Shown one piece after another: positions 1 to 11,747 of a DNA stretch of 64,000 nt. The notes beneath the pieces were generated by a model, which made no database searches, had not been told where the DNA came from, and worked only from the letters and a program-made list of their open reading frames with translations. Made by a program: the position numbers and the translations under genes. The stretch's first letter is position 1. The number at the start of each line of letters is the position of its first letter. The DNA comes from Craspedostauros australis (lineage: Eukaryota). The stretch spans positions 1 through 64,000 of the forward strand of contig JALAGF010006669.1 in NCBI GenBank assembly GCA_030167865.1, read 5' to 3'.

Positions 1-146
1 CACTCAAGCATTGGAGCCAAGCATTCCAATCATACTCGTACGCACTCGTCACTGTCCTCCTTGTCATTACCATGCCCATGTTTGTGTGGTACTCCATGCA
101 ATGGCCACATGCCATGAATGACATCATCGAAAAGGGCGAAATCTCT

Positions 147-1311
147 TCAAGCATTGTCCTTGAGGTAGGCCGCGAATTTGTCTTTGTACTCCGGATGCCA
201 ACGACTGAGCGGAGGGCGGTCCTCCGTGATGTCCCTCATGGTCCACGTCATACGGAGGTTGTCAGTCTTGCGATCGACGCTGTTGTCAGGACACATGATG
301 TAGAAGAGACCCTTGTCCATCTCTGCCACCATGAAGTCAACCACCTGCTTCGGCATCCAAGCTCCGTCGGCCGGCTTGTCCTCGTGGAAGAAGACTGCGT
401 CCTGATCAAACGCTTCATCCTTCTCCGATGCTTTCGACCTCGCCGCCTTGAGCGCGATGGATGTGTTGACCCAGCCTGGAACGAGCAAGCATGATCGCAG
501 CTTCGATCCTTCCTCGCTGCGCAGATCATGCTCCAATCCTTCCGTGTAACACTTCAACGCCGCCTTCGACATGTTGTACGAGAGATTTCCTGGCGGCATG
601 GTGATGCCTTGCTTGGATCCGGTGTTGACGATGATGCCAGGTTCGCCCGATGCCTTCATCTTGGGCACGAACGCCAGGCATCCATGGATCGGGCCGTACG
701 TGTTGACGCCCATAGTGAAGTGCACAGTCTTCATGTCCGTGAGCGGACCACCGCCTTGGCCAACCCCGGCGTTGTTCATGAGGAAGTGGCATTTTCCACC
801 ATCCTCAAACACTTCGTCTGCCAACTTCGCAAGTGCTTCCTCCTTCGAGACATCCACCACCCTCGCTTCGATTCTCTGAAAGGCCATGCGTCAGAGAAAA
901 ATGGGGAGCAGAAGAAGAAGCAATGAATGCGTGCAGATTGGTTTGATCAGTGAAATCAGTCAGAGCAGTGAAAGCCATGGCGATAAGAAATCGTCAGAGC
1001 AATGTGAAGCAACAAAGAGAGTGAGGTGAGAGGGTGAGAGAGGAAGACAGGTCGATAGATGAAGGATGCGAACCACAGCGAAGGATCCAACCAAACTGCT
1101 TGCGGTCGCCACTCACTTGAGATTCGGAAGTGCACTTGCTCTTGACGAGATCTTTCGCAAGACCCAGCTCTTCTTCGTCAATGTCTGTCATCCACACATG
1201 CATGCCTCGGCTGGCAAAGTCAATGCATGCGGCTCGACCGATGCCAGATGAAGCACCGGTCACGACGGCCGTGCATCCTTCCTTGAGTACATCCGCGCTT
1301 GTCACCGTCAT
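147..1311 (-). CDS. Short-chain dehydrogenase/reductase (classical SDR), 2 exons, ~307 aa
   Basis: Exons 1311-1117 and 875-147 are joined by a GTGAGT...TTTCAG intron in phase 0. Motifs: VVTGASSGIG (Rossmann), NNAG and YNMSK (YxxxK). Confidence 0.92.
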
Positions 1312-1876
1312 CTTGATTCTCTATCGTCGTCCTTGCGTTTGTCTCTTCTTGCGCGAGTGCGGATGGTGCGAGTATGAGTGTGGGTGTGATTATGAGCATG
1401 GATGGCATGAATGGTGTGGCTGGTTTGTGTGTTCTGTGGTAGTGGTAGTGGTGGTGGTGGTGACGTTGATGGGAACTGGGAAAGAAGGGTGGAAAAGATC
1501 CGATTCGATTTTGTTCTTCGCATCTCTTTCTTTGAAGACTCCTGTAAAATCAGTCCTCTGATACGGCTGCCAAATCATGACAGAAGAAACGGCTGACTAT
1601 CACTTGTTTTCAGCATCTCAAAGTAGGGAAGCACTTGGGTGCTCCGCTTCCCTTTCTCTTCAGACGACAGCGAAACGAAACCAAACGAAGTGCAGTGCAA
1701 CAAAGAGATTGACACAACGCACGAGTTGCAACAAGCCAACATCTTCACGCACAGCACAACAACGATTCAGCGCATGCTTTCTGCATGTGCATCTGATGGA
1801 TGGCACTAGTATCATACACACTCTGCCATTGTGTATCACCATCATCGTCATCATCATCGTCATCATCATCGTCATT

Positions 1877-2943
1877 ATGTCTGTGTGTGGCTATCAAGCA
1901 CGCCGACACTCTACGACACACGAGCAAATCGTGTGGGCACTCAAGCTCTCGATTCCGACAGTGGAAAGCATGCTCCTCACCAAACTACCCACCATGGCTC
2001 AACTGCACCCGATTCGCAGACGATTTGATCGCCAACGCGCTGACGGTGGCCATCTTGGGCGGACTCTGTGGGCGCATTTGATACTGAGGGATGAGGCAAC
2101 AAGGAACGACTTTCACTGCTGGCGTTCCTGGTCGGAGGAATGGTCATTCAGATCGCCATCATGATGCCAGTGCCGGCCGGGTGGCTGCGCGGCACGGAGG
2201 ACTTCCTCATTTCCTTGCATCGTTTGGACACTGACGTCATGATTCCAGTACACTGGAATGACCCATGTCCTGACGTACGCATCGGCCTCGCCTTGCACTT
2301 ACCGATCAATTGGCCCTTCGTCTGCTCCGCAGGCGTGGATATCCTTGGATGAACCGTTGCCGCAACCGCCTTCCAGCTTCTGCAGGCCATCATCATGATT
2401 CGGTGTGCCTTCGGTACCGACCACGGCCGCAATCGCGATGGACAAGGAAAATGTCACATTCTGGTCTGGATTCAAGGCAGCCGTCTCATCGTTGCGTGGC
2501 GTCCGTGTTCAGTGCACAGCCACATACACATACACAATCGGTATCGGCATTACGTCCACGCTGGACGAGAAGGATGCCATTGACCAGACCACGGAGACCA
2601 TCCCGCTGCTGGCCTTCCGCATCTTTGCTGATGGTGTGCTCCATGCTTTCTGCACCATGCTGACAGGGACAGGCAACCAATGCTCCACCGTGCCAGCCGC
2701 GGTGTTTTCGCACTGCCTTATTGCACTGCCACTGGCATACGAGCGAATACACATTTCTTGGTCGTTCGCAACGACGGCAACACGACCCGCAAAGGCAGCT
2801 ACTTCTGCTGCACAGTCAACGCTCTTATCCCCGCCATCACGGTCGGAACATGGGTCCACACGCTCATCTACATCAGTTTTCACAACTTTGGTATCAACTG
2901 GGAGTTGGAGGCAAAGCAAGTCGAGGACAGCACGAAGACTTGA
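1877..2943 (+). pseudogene. Decayed MATE-family (multidrug and toxin extrusion) transporter
   Basis: Collinear fragments in different frames, with stops: ALKLSIPT..SMLLTKLP; IANALTVAILGGL; IGLALHLPINWPFV; TFWSGF; FADGV..MLTGTGNQ..VPAAVFSHCLIALPLAY; GTWVH..INWELEAKQVED. These resemble successive eukaryotic MATE segments, including the C-terminal DW..EA motif. Confidence 0.6.
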
Positions 2944-3291
2944 AGGATCGGCCATCGTGGGGGAGGTACGACATGGCACAACATGCTCACCAACACATGG
3001 CGCACGTTCTGTCGTGATGGAGAAAGGGTGCTTCTCTCGTGACTCGATCAGTCCTTGATGTTCTCCTTTTTGAAAAAATGGATTCTTGTTTCGCTTGTTT
3101 GATTGTTTACCTCTTTGTGGTACGATCTACAACACGCGCAAAACAGGCAACTTCCATCGTTCATCGGCATTGCCATCATCGATCGTCCATAATCTCAATC
3201 GACCATCAATCATCAGCTATAACAGTCGTCCTTGCCGACGCCACCCCCCTCAGAAGCAAGCACCATCCAGATCCACCAGGGACCCAGCAAG

Positions 3292-4885
3292 ATGGAGGAA
3301 GAAAGAGCAAGAGGTGAGCTGCGGTCGTTGACAGGATTGCTGTACAGAATTACAGTGCGGTGCCGAATGAGTATTGGACTCAGCGGCTGCGGATCGTGAT
3401 GCGATTGGTGGCAAGTCTTACAGTCTCCACATGTCCTCTCGGTCTGCATGGCGGTCGAAGTCGCCTTGGCGTATGTGCCCATGCCCATGCCCGCTTCAAA
3501 CAACTAACGATCGATGATTGCGAATGACTTGTTCTAAACCGACGCGCGCATCCTTTCATTTCCCCCATACTCCTTCTGCACACTCCAACACCATATGGAT
3601 ACCTACTCTGCATAATCTTCGAATCGCTGTAGCACTGTGGATACGTCTACTTTCAGAACCGGCCACACAGGCGCGCATCCTTGGAAGACAGAGATCACGG
3701 CTCCGTCAGGCTTGTTTGGATGGTAACCTAGGTCGGGTACAGTCATTGCTGGCGACAGGGAGAACTGCAAGACTGATAGATCCAGACGGCGAAGGTCGGA
3801 CGCTGATCCACAATGCTTCTAGCCGTGGGCATGCATCCGTGGTGGAGTTGTTGCTCAGAACCAATCATCACGGCCTGGAAATCGATGTCAATGCTCAAGA
3901 CAACCAAGGTCTCACAGCATTGCACAGCGCTTGCAATCTGGGCCACCTCGATGTCGTCACATGCTTGCTTCAAGCCGACCATATCAACATCAACATTCAA
4001 AACGAACGTGGTTCCACGGCATTGCATCTCGCTTGCGATGGGCGCAAAGTAGAAGTCGTCAGATGCTTACTCCAAGACGAACGCATCGACATCAACGCAG
4101 AGGACGACCTTAGTGCAAAGCCGTTTCACAGCGCGTGTGCCACGGGCTGCAGTCTCCTGACTACATGCTTTCTCCAACACATGCACGACAATAACATCAA
4201 CATCGACCTCCTTGCCCTGTATGAGGATATGGTCCTTCACTTCGCTACTGCGAATGACCTGATGGATGTGATCCTTCGGTTCATACATGTTCACGATACC
4301 GAGGATATGAGCATCCACATGAACCGCCAAGACGAAAACGGCGGCACCCTGCTCCACCACGCTTGTGAATTACGCGATCTACGCCTGCCGAAGTGCCTCC
4401 TTCAATCAGAGTACACCCGGGGAACAATCGATCTCACGATCCTCAACAGACGCGGGCAGACTTCGCTCCACCTTGCGTGTAGAAACCTCATCTCCTCTGA
4501 AGAGATGGTGGATTGCATCCTCGAGTCAGCTCTCAACGACAACATGAACCTCGATATCAACGCTCAAGATGCAGATGGCCGCACGCCGCTACACATTGCC
4601 TGCATCATGGGTTTCGGTCATGTGATCGAATCATTGCTTCGATTCAATGAAGCCCGCAACGCTCGCACCAACATCAATGTTCAAGACAACAACGGGCTCA
4701 CAGCCCTGGTGGAAACTTTGCTCCAACCTCGCTCCATCCACGATGCCATCGACATTTCCGTCGAAGATCTCTACGGACATACAGCACTTCACTATGCCAC
4801 TGCGAACCACCACGAAGATATCGTCGAGTTGCTGCTTCGATCCGATTCCATACGCACGCGCACGGACAGCATGGCCAATATGTGA
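3292..4885 (+). CDS. Ankyrin-repeat protein, probably 2 exons, ~416 aa
   Basis: Many G.TALH.AC..G...VV..LL repeats in ORF 3518-4885. A likely micro-exon at 3292-3313 (MEEERAR, GTGAG donor) splices in phase to the TTTCAG acceptor, with exon 2 starting at 3657. An unspliced start at ATG 3524 is the alternative. Confidence 0.85.
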
Positions 4886-5756
4886 CGTGCTCGTGCGTAG
4901 CATAGCGCCCATCACCTTGCCTCCCAATTCCCCGATCGGAAGGCAACCCAAGACGACGAGTTGGGGAGGAAGGGGGTCGTCTCCTCTTGCACAGCAGCAC
5001 CTGTTCGATGCTGCCTTGCAGCAACACCAGCAGGAATTGCGCCTGCATCAGTGGCACCCCTTCAGCACATCGTGCGCTCATCAATATGTATGATTGTATG
5101 TGGTAGTGAAAGTGATAGTGATTGTGATAGTGATTGTATTACTCTACTCAGATCGACTCTGCCGACACCGCCCGTGAAGGTGACTCAAATCCGCATCGAT
5201 GCACGGAGTCTCGGGAGAGAGCCACATTCTGGAGAGTACTCGTGCCCAACGAGTGTGTATGATGCCACACTTGTTGCTCAACTCGGAGCGCCTCGCAGAT
5301 GCCCAGCGAAACTACTCTCGTGGAGATGGGGTGTCATGCAACTTGACGGTGTTCTTCGTGCGAGTATGGTAGGTAGGTAAGTGTGTGCTTTGCTCTACTC
5401 TACCGATGCTCTCACTGTGTGCACTGCGACTAGTCGAAAGAAGCAGTCTACAACCTGGGTGCTGCATCGAGTCATGAACGGAGTATGGATCACGTGTTGG
5501 TATCTTTCGCAGAGGTTGAACTTGGGGAGAACACAAGAGGCAAAACGCAAATACCATGCGCACTCGTCTCCTGACGTCAATGCATCCATCCAGACGAAAC
5601 CAACACGCGAGCACAACAAAGAGAAAGGAAGAAAGGGGTATGGGACATCATTCGCGATCATTGCACCAATACAATACAGAAGCACATTCCATCCCGACCT
5701 TGAAGTCGAACCAATAAACAGAGACGATGTTCCAATGCAACAGCCATCTTTCTCGC

Positions 5757-6668
5757 ATGGCCATCGCGGTGGCCTTGCTTGCATGTGCTTTCGATCGGTC
5801 ACCAGTGGCGCATGCTTTTCAGCCGCGAATGCTGACGAGTGAAAGCGGCGCAGGATGGGAGTTTCCACCCATCGGACAGCATATTGCGAAGAACGCAGCC
5901 GCGATCTTCATATCCAGTACCTTGCTCCTCGGAGGTCAGCCTCAAGCAGCGACAGCCCTTGACCCAACGGTGTCCGGGGCGCTCCAAAAAGCCATCATCG
6001 AGGCAAGCGATGCCACATACCCCTTGCTGCAAGCCTTGGACAGCACGAGCACGGCCTCGTTCTCCACCAAGGTCTCCAATGTCATCGCGAAAAAGTTGAA
6101 TCCCGACCGTTTGACCAACGTCGTGGATAGCGCCACCAGCGCCGTCCTGGCGATCCCAGATGATCGCATCTCCAAGTTCACAACCATCGTGGAAGATGCG
6201 TACCAAGGCGTTTCGTCGGACACCTGCCAATACATTGCCATTCCAGCTTCCGCAATCGAAAAGGTGGCGCTGTCCGATGGTCTCCAAAAAGTGGATGCGG
6301 AGAAACTCTCCCAAGCATTGGAGAAGGTGGCACTGTTGCAACGGGCGGTGCCGGTGTCCTCCTCGGCGGATTCTGGCGGCATCTGTTTGCCGAAATCGCA
6401 GGAGGCCTTGGAGAACATATGGGTCGGCCAGACGGAACTGTTGCTTTCCGTTCCCAAGGCTGCCAAGAAGGAGCTCGGCGAGCGAACGAAGTCGGCAATC
6501 AGATCCATTCCAGGCCCGGAGGCTTTGAGGCTCGCAAATGATGCCAAGAACATCGTGACGGGTTCTGGCGACCGAAAGATCGCAAGTCGGTTCCTGCAAA
6601 CGGGACAAGCGCTGGACAAGCTCATTCAGCAGGATCCCAGGTTTCAAGCGTTCCAATCACCGAAATGA
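5757..6668 (+). CDS. Plastid-targeted, probably thylakoid-lumenal helical protein with weak similarity to peridinin-chlorophyll a protein (PCP)
   Basis: Signal peptide ending AHA-FQP (ASAF-type), then a second hydrophobic segment ending ATA. The mature region has SDATYPLLQALD and LLSVPKA segments reminiscent of PCP. The ORF is solid; the family call is tentative. Confidence 0.75.
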   Translation: MAIAVALLACAFDRSPVAHAFQPRMLTSESGAGWEFPPIGQHIAKNAAAIFISSTLLLGGQPQAATALDPTVSGALQKAIIEASDATYPLLQALDSTSTASFSTKVSNVIAKKLNPDRLTNVVDSATSAVLAIPDDRISKFTTIVEDAYQGVSSDTCQYIAIPASAIEKVALSDGLQKVDAEKLSQALEKVALLQRAVPVSSSADSGGICLPKSQEALENIWVGQTELLLSVPKAAKKELGERTKSAIRSIPGPEALRLANDAKNIVTGSGDRKIASRFLQTGQALDKLIQQDPRFQAFQSPK

Positions 6669-8775
6669 AGCATCGGCGTGAACATCGACTAGCGTGTCGT
6701 TGCATGCGGTTGAGATTGGGTCAACCTGCGTACGAGTACGAAGGTGAGATTGAATGAGCGAGCGCGTTGCGCTTGTGGTTGGGATTGCTCCACTTTGCTT
6801 TTCCCTTTGCCTTCAATTATTGGCTCGTAGGACTACTTCACTTTTGCGTCTTCGCCACCAACTGGCTCCATGACAAAGCTGCGATCGGTCTTACCACTTT
6901 GCACCGGAAGAAGTATGGTAGTATTGGCAGGCATTATACCGCTTTTGACATGAGCACCGGACGGGATTGTCTGGAGCACCACGCCGCAACTGTAATAGAG
7001 TACCCGCTCAAGCCCAACCCCTGCTTTACCCGTCACCGTCGTCATGGCAACTTCAGATATTATAGTTCTCTCCTTAGATTGCGATCTACACAATGCTGGC
7101 TTGTATAATATGCTTCGGTAATCCCACCCCAGATCATGTAATGTCATCTTCAGTTGGGTGGAGTAGAGCAGAGTAGTAGCATCACAGTATCTGTTGCGAC
7201 CCAGATGCTTTGACGAAATTGAACACCAAACAACATTCCTGTGCGCAATCAAGTTCGAAGCAGCCTGGAGCTTGTTGATGCGTCGAAATACGAGCAAGCA
7301 CGAGACCGCCTGCTCACATTGGCGTCAGCGACGACCTGCCTTGATGACAACGTTATCGTTCAGGTTATCAGTGACGGTGCTGGAACTTTTCAGATCGGCC
7401 TCGACTGGCGACAGTTGGAGCAGACTGGTTGGCCCGCACTGATGATTTCTCCCGACAGATCCAGGAAACAGGAGGCAGGAAAACGCGGTGAGTGGGCGTG
7501 TTTGTGGCAACATGCGCATGCGAGTGGCTCGGAGTGTCTCCATGTCCCGGATTGGACTGGTTCGGTCTGATGGAGGTTCGCGAGTTGTTGGACAGGTGAG
7601 AAACAACATGTGGTGATGTGATGTGATGTGACGCGATACGGCGACCTCTCTTCCTGAAGTTTCGGACAAAGAGCAGACTTCGCCACAAACTGCGGCGAAC
7701 ATCTTCCACGGAACGTATCAATGGCGACCGACAATCGTCGAAGAAGCGATTCGTGTTTAGAGACGCTTCGGTCAGCCATCACCATCCGAACAGCAGAACT
7801 TCCTCACCTTTTCGGAACTATTCTCGACTTTCTGCATTCCGCAATTCCTGACGCTGCGTCTTTTCCCGATTGACAAATGTTCTGTGTGGTTGTTGGTTGC
7901 TCTCTCTGTGATTGACGTTGTTTCTCTTGGTGGTGGTGCTCGTGCCGTTTCCTGTTTGTTTCTCAATTCCATGGCGAAAGTGCACGCACGCACAGAGGTG
8001 AGCCACCCATGCCTAGCGTTCTTGCTGCTGCTGACGCTGCTATACTGTTGTTGATGTCGCTACTGGTGCGTTTGTGGGCGGGATTGGGTCTCCCGCTGCG
8101 TATAGTACGACAGCGAGTCTTCCATCGATCAGCCCATTCTGCTGCTGCCATGTTGATCTCACAACTTCACAACAGCCAGCAACCGCATTGATACCATACT
8201 CGTACTACTACTGCAGACCGAAACAAGCATACACAAAACAGGAAAGCACCACATCCATTGGTAAGCAGCCAGCACTTTCGTTGCAAATGTTCTCATTTGA
8301 TGACAGCGGTGGCCCATGAACATGGCGTGGAAGCATTGTGACCGAAGAAACGCCCATGTCGGTGGACGTACTCGTAGGGGATCGCTGTGACAATCCGAAC
8401 ATCCGTTGGTTTCGTTGAATGTTTGGTATCGGCATGGCAGAGCACCAAGGCATCGCTGACCATTCGTCGGTTCATGCAATTCGGATTCCTCACTCACAAA
8501 GTGTCGCATTTGTCGCCCATCATCTCACGTCATCTTCGGTTGTGTGTGATAATCGCTGCTGTCTTCTCACTATGGTATGATCACACAAACGTGCATGGGC
8601 ATTCACCACCGTGCTGTGCTGTACTTCCCACGACGGCAGCAACATCGGCATCATCATCATCATCATCATCATCAACAACAACAACAACAACACTCGAACA
8701 AGCCGCACACAAACTGTCAACAATCCTCAACAAAACAGCCGACGATAGGAACAACCACGACAAACGACGACGACA

Positions 8776-9528
8776 ATGATGAGAAACGCGCTCCTTTCCA
8801 GAACATCGGCAGCTCTCCGATCTGCGTCAGCCCATAACAGAACCGTTGCATGGGCGGGCAGGAGTAGCATGATTGGCCGCACTTTCTCCAGCGATTGTGA
8901 ACCAGCACAGAAGCTCCAATCGGTTCTAGAGAACTACCGCCAAACTCAGTAAGTATGATATTTCGCATCGACTGTCATAGCTACCGCACTGATGATGACG
9001 ACGATACCGGAGGCAGAGACAGAGGACAGAAGCAGCACCACATGTGTTACGTGGTCATCTGTCCTTCATTTTTACACCTTGGCATTCGCAAGGCTAGCAC
9101 CATGGCGCCGCAGATGGTTCACCCTTCACCGCTGCTATCGTCGTTGCCATTCGTATCATCACCCTCGCCGTCGACCACTCTCACACCTGCTTCCATTCTT
9201 GTGTTCACGTCCTTTACCACGCATACTCCGAAACACACACATGCACTGGCACACACGCTCACGCCTCGACAGCTTTTCGCGAGAGATCCCTTCACGATTT
9301 CAAAAGGAACTGTTCACACCGTACGCGACATCCAACGGCACTATGATTCCCATCGAGCACGTCAATACCATGCTGGTGAACATCGGCCAAGAAGAACATG
9401 TACTGTCTTCGAGCGAGCAGGAAGAGCTACTGCGGGAGGCTGGCATCGTGGCCCAGCCGGACGGCATCAGCGAAGATGGCATGATACCCACCAACACAAT
9501 CATGGAACTCCTTTCCAGGGCGAACTAG
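8776..9528 (+). CDS. Small uncharacterised protein with a mitochondrial-type presequence, 2 exons, ~142 aa
   Basis: Exon 1 (8776-8948: MMRNALLSRTSAALRSASA...LENYRQT) ends at GTAAGT. Exon 2 (9273-9528) follows a CAG acceptor, continues in phase as H-FSREIPSRFQKEL... and ends ELLSRAN*. The N-terminus is rich in R/S/A and lacks acidic residues. Confidence 0.75.
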
Positions 9529-10280
9529 GACGTATGGTAGAGCGTACATCGGGAGTATCGTGCTTGATAGCGCCCCGATTGGTTCCCACGACGCAAAGCT
9601 ATGATAGCGTCAAGTGCAACCATCGTCGAGAAGCAGCACAAACGATACCAGCACGCTGCAGCGCCGCAACCGTCCACAACCCCAAAGCAACGACGAGTAC
9701 TCTGCTCGTGCATGAAGAAATGACATCCAACAAGGACTCGAAAACTAATAGCCTCCACAGTAAATTAGCAGCCCAACTGTGCGAGTATTTGCAGCATTTG
9801 CCATCCAGAGAAGCGCAAGCAGGACAAATGATGCATGGTGCACTTGTACCATGCCCATAGCTCGTGTGTGATGTGGTTGTAATGATACCTGTGGCTGCGC
9901 TTCGAGCAATGGCGTGCCCCATTGTTCGCACTTCCCCAAACAACAGGCCTCTCTATACTTGTGTTTTTAGGCTAGAGTATCTCACCAACACGGACACGAT
10001 TCAATCGAATCGAAGCAATCAAAGAATGACACCACAATGAAAATCACATCAGACACCGACATCAACACCCTCACTGTGTTGCTCCTACCGACACAGAGAT
10101 CGACAATCACGTCATGAAGTCTCCCCAAGCACAAGTACTTACGTGGATGGGCGACACAGATGTCAACAAGAGACGACTGAGGCACTCTCTCCATCAGTAC
10201 CTCGCTTGGCATCACATCATCTCGAAGAAGAAACGGGCAACTGAGATCGGTGCTGTCACCCCTTCGTGGACATCATCACG

Positions 10281-11747
10281 ATGCAACGTCGGCGCTTCCG
10301 CAAGGTCAAGCGAGACATGTCCAACCCTCGCAATGCCAATGCAAGCGCCAACGCCAACGTTGCCAACCTCAATGAAGGCAACAGGACGGTGGCAGCAGCG
10401 GTTGCCAATGACAACGACGACGACAGCAGTAGCAGCAGCAGTGATAGCAACATCAGCTCGTACATGGAGCTTCGGAATCATCAGAGGCGCCCGCAAAACC
10501 AGGACGTCGAAACCTCGTTGAATCATTCCATCAGCTCCGATGCGAACGCGTTGCCGAGACTTCAGGACCGATCCTGGATCGGCGCTCGTGTTTCACCGAT
10601 TCCACCCGAGATGGGTCATGATGATGATGAGAATGACATTGCGACAGCTGGTATTGGCGTTGGCATCGGTGCTTCTGTCCAGAACAACAACAACAGGCGC
10701 GTCGGTGGCAAGAACGAGGCAAGAGTGCCTCCCCTGCACAAGGCCATGCATGAATCGTCTGAGCCACCCTTCGTATTTGTCACGTCTGAACGATCATCGT
10801 TGCTGGGCCAGCAGATGCGAAGACCACAGCCCATCATCCGTCCCATCGTGGAAAAGGCCGGCGCGGGTACGGGAACGGCCATCGTTCAGAAGCGGAGGGT
10901 GCTGGTGGAGTCATGGACGGAGAAGGTTCTCGGACAGGTGCTCGTGGGAACATCTGGGATCGTGTTGGCCTGCATCGGCCTGCACGACGGGTACCTGTGG
11001 TACTTGCAGATGAGGAAGGGCCTCTCACCGAAGTACTCGATCATGTGGCAAGTGCCGTGGCTGTCTCCCTCCAACCGTGCTCTTGTCCGATTCGGCGCCT
11101 TCTTCCCAGAGCGAATGATGGCGCGGCAGCAGTTTTGGCGGTGCATTACGTCCATGTTCGTTTGCATGTCGGTGCTGGAATGGTCGGTGCTGATTTTCTG
11201 CTGGGTGGTGCTGAGAACGAGCGTGGAAGGGAGGAGGACGGGATCGCCATGGGCATCGACGGTGATGTCCACGTTGCTGTACGTCACAGCGTGCGGGATC
11301 GGGCAGTTCTGGATGATGTGCTTCCATCCCTTGGGCATCGCCGGATGCGCCTTATGGGGAACTGGCGGCCTTCTGTGTGCAACTGGGATGGCACGGCCCA
11401 AATACAGACAGGTGATGTTCTTGTCGGTCATCGCAATCATCGTGTTGGGGGCATCGCAACCAGCAGGTTCCGCGTACGGCGCGATCGGAGCGTCGTTTTG
11501 GGGATGGAGCGTGCAGGGGGCAGGGATACTGGATGGATTCCTGCTGGGACCCACAGCGATCAACAGACGCAACGCGATGGCCGACGGGGCCAGCAGCACG
11601 ATCGAAGAGCTGATAGATGGAGTCAGCCACGAGACGAAACGACGCAGGAGGATTCAACGCATCGTTTCGCGTTGCTTCTCGGCCTGTGGAATGGTCTGCC
11701 TTTGGATTGCGCCGGCCTACTACTACCGCTACTATGCAGAACTGTGA
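10281..11747 (+). CDS. Rhomboid-like multi-pass membrane protein, probably catalytically inactive
   Basis: Long disordered N-terminus, then SPS..ALVRFGA.....QQFWRCITSMF (rhomboid L1 loop with WR motif) and about 6-7 hydrophobic helices. GxSG is replaced by GCALWG. Confidence 0.7.
   Translation: MQRRRFRKVKRDMSNPRNANASANANVANLNEGNRTVAAAVANDNDDDSSSSSSDSNISSYMELRNHQRRPQNQDVETSLNHSISSDANALPRLQDRSWIGARVSPIPPEMGHDDDENDIATAGIGVGIGASVQNNNNRRVGGKNEARVPPLHKAMHESSEPPFVFVTSERSSLLGQQMRRPQPIIRPIVEKAGAGTGTAIVQKRRVLVESWTEKVLGQVLVGTSGIVLACIGLHDGYLWYLQMRKGLSPKYSIMWQVPWLSPSNRALVRFGAFFPERMMARQQFWRCITSMFVCMSVLEWSVLIFCWVVLRTSVEGRRTGSPWASTVMSTLLYVTACGIGQFWMMCFHPLGIAGCALWGTGGLLCATGMARPKYRQVMFLSVIAIIVLGASQPAGSAYGAIGASFWGWSVQGAGILDGFLLGPTAINRRNAMADGASSTIEELIDGVSHETKRRRRIQRIVSRCFSACGMVCLWIAPAYYYRYYAEL

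Noticed and set aside
6767..7993. Short ORFs suggesting a gene or pseudogene
   Set aside because: No recognisable motif or consistent exon chain.
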